DNA of 6,371 nucleotides from a virus (Duplodnaviria; Heunggongvirae; Uroviricota; Caudoviricetes): IMG/VR virus record IMGVR_UViG_2582580933_000012, positions 1 to 6,371 of that record; one strand, 5' to 3'. Shown piece by piece: positions 4,916 to 6,371 of this stretch (position 1 is its first letter; each line of letters starts with the position of its first letter). The notes under the pieces were generated by a model. It saw only the letters and a program-made list of their open reading frames with translations, ran no database searches and was not told where the DNA came from. The position numbers and the translations under genes were made by a program.

Positions 4916-5965
4916 TTACCCAAGCACGCCGGTTGCAAAGGCGTGATCAAGAAAACGAAAAATTAAATCAACCTGAGAACCATGCTTTTCTTCGAACGCC
5001 AGCGGATCCGCATGAAGTTCGTTGTGATGTTCCCGGCACAACGGTAGCGTGAAAATATCGTGGGCCTTTGTTCCCATCCCTCCCTGACCGTGACCAATCA
5101 GGTGATGGGGATCGTCGGCTGGTTGACCACAACACGCACACGGCTGTGTCTTCACCCAGCGCGTATATTTCTCATTTACCCAACGGCGACGTTTAGGTCG
5201 CCTCATGAAAGATTCCGGAGACTCCGGATCAACGGCAATGCTGACCACCTGCTTTTCCTGTGCTGGGTTCTGTGGCTGGTGGGTGTGAAGCAACGGCGCA
5301 AGATTTTTTGTGCGCTGCTTCAGTATGCTGGTGGCGCTCTGCTCTCCCGGTACAATGTCGCTTTCGCGGTACACTGAGCGGATTTTGTCCGCACGTAACC
5401 CCAGAGAACGACGTAATACTGACTCTGGGAGTGCATCCGCCACCTGATTGCAGACTGCCCACCAGGATAATTCAGCCAGAGATAATTCCCGCTCCTGCGT
5501 GCCATTCATTGCATGGCGTATGACGTCAATCATCCATGCTGACAGGTTTTGATGAGCAAGTTGCTCGAGTGATTCGGATGTCTGGTCACGCAGCTGGTTG
5601 TCGCAGTGCCAGCACAACACCATTGCGCCGGTACCATAACGGTGAATGACGGTTTCGCTGTGATGATAATCGCCGTGTGGCCACTGGCAGGATTTAATAT
5701 GGCGCAACAGCCAGTCAGACAATGCACCAGCACCACCAGCAGCACGAATCACCCGTGCGTTACTGAAAAACGGCAGCAATGTTTTGTCTTCCACCAGCGG
5801 CTGGCGAACGGCAGGAACGACCCCGGACGGCAGATTACGCATGCTTTTCGGTTCCGGCTCCACCAGTACCCGGGTATTGTGGAATACCGGCATGGATTCA
5901 CGGCCCGGCTTAACGATCACCAGCCCGAGTTCCGGTACCAGAACAGGTCGAAGTAATACCCGCAC
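4916..5965 (-). CDS. DUF968-family protein (YdfU-like) with C-terminal HNH-type zinc-finger nuclease motif
   Basis: 349-aa ORF with GTG start at 5965 and SD GGAGG 4 nt upstream. C-terminal CACCGQPADDPHHLIGHG...LCREHHNELH has the CxxC...HH...N...H pattern of HNH endonucleases. Size and position upstream of Q match Qin YdfU as I recall it. Confidence 0.75.
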   Translation of the reverse strand: MRVLLRPVLVPELGLVIVKPGRESMPVFHNTRVLVEPEPKSMRNLPSGVVPAVRQPLVEDKTLLPFFSNARVIRAAGGAGALSDWLLRHIKSCQWPHGDYHHSETVIHRYGTGAMVLCWHCDNQLRDQTSESLEQLAHQNLSAWMIDVIRHAMNGTQERELSLAELSWWAVCNQVADALPESVLRRSLGLRADKIRSVYRESDIVPGEQSATSILKQRTKNLAPLLHTHQPQNPAQEKQVVSIAVDPESPESFMRRPKRRRWVNEKYTRWVKTQPCACCGQPADDPHHLIGHGQGGMGTKAHDIFTLPLCREHHNELHADPLAFEEKHGSQVDLIFRFLDHAFATGVLG

Positions 5966-5966
5966 G

Positions 5967-6245
5967 TTACCTCCAGATGCGTTGCTGGAATGTGCGGGAC
6001 GGACGCGGTGGTCGTTCGGAGTAAGGAAGCCTGACGGAGATTATCCAGTGACGATAATCGAGGCTGAGGGCTTTCTTAATCTCGTATCCGTGTCTGCGGT
6101 AGCACTGAATTAGCCGCTCGGCCTGTTCTTCAGTGCATGGGGGATGCTGGAACCAGTCAGATTTGAAAGTGCGGGAACGCCGCCCGTGCCTGCTGGCAGG
6201 GGCGGCAGAGTTATCCGAATTGTAAAATTTGGTATCGTGCGCCAT
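5967..6245 (-). CDS. Hypothetical protein (92 aa), nin-region-like gene of unknown function
   Basis: ORF on the same strand whose TAA stop lies 2 nt before the DUF968 GTG start and contains that gene's SD. Basic, Arg-rich product; no family recognised; weak SD. Confidence 0.5.
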   Translation of the reverse strand: MAHDTKFYNSDNSAAPASRHGRRSRTFKSDWFQHPPCTEEQAERLIQCYRRHGYEIKKALSLDYRHWIISVRLPYSERPPRPSRTFQQRIWR

Positions 6246-6315
6246 CTGTTTTCTCTGCTGGCGCAGCAGGTGTCAGGTGTTCAGGCTGACGTGCGAATTG
6301 TAAACCAGAATGCCA

Positions 6316-6344
6316 GGAAAAAACAAAACCCGCCGAAGCGGGTT
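6316..6344 (-). terminator. Rho-independent terminator for minus-strand transcription, upstream of the nin-like gene block
   Basis: Plus strand aaaaaacaaaaCCCGCcgaaGCGGGtt: GC stem with CGAA tetraloop; on the minus strand it is followed by TTTTGTTTTTT. Stem and flanks are near-duplicates of the terminator at 2519-2543. Confidence 0.6.
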
Positions 6345-6371
6345 AAGTGCGGGTGCGTTGAGGATGCCTGA

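Noticed and set aside
4325-5052. Plus-strand ORFs 4325-4762, 4614-4808, 4822-5052
   Set aside because: Antisense to Q and RusA, both with strong family-level matches.
5060-6113. Plus- and minus-strand alternative ORFs overlapping the DUF968 gene (5060-5377, 5229-5462, 5260-5523, 5320-5505, 5530-5745, 5606-5956, 5784-6113)
   Set aside because: All overlap the 349-aa ORF, which has an SD, a coherent HNH motif and operon context; they are typical shadow ORFs in GC-rich coding sequence.
6144-6371. Plus-strand 75-aa ORF at the right edge
   Set aside because: Overlaps the start of the 92-aa minus-strand ORF and reads through the terminator hairpin; no SD. The right edge is cut, so a minus-strand gene ending beyond 6345 cannot be assessed.

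Overview
This window is the late-region junction of a lambdoid prophage (Qin / phage-21-like, Enterobacteriaceae), with one unexplained cargo insert. The minus strand carries one continuous phage gene set, read right to left: a minus-strand intrinsic terminator (6316-6344), a 92-aa hypothetical ORF, a DUF968/YdfU-like protein with a C-terminal HNH-type motif, RusA resolvase, a Q antiterminator, a second terminator (2519-2543), a near-consensus sigma70 promoter, four tightly packed tRNA genes (Gly-UCC, Thr-UGU, one atypical UUU-anticodon tRNA, Ile2/Met-CAU), a structured leader, and a complete lysis cassette (S21-type pinholin, DUF1327, SAR endolysin, Rz with embedded Rz1). The candidate novel system is a three-gene plus-strand cassette (about 2589-4178) inserted antisense between Q and the tRNA/lysis module, at the classic lambdoid moron position. 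It encodes a roughly 290-aa protein with an internal glycine-zipper hydrophobic segment and two small, translationally coupled membrane proteins. I recognise no family for any of the three, and a defence, superinfection-exclusion or membrane-effector role is inference only. All calls rest on reading the sequence and on recalled family knowledge; no searches were run.
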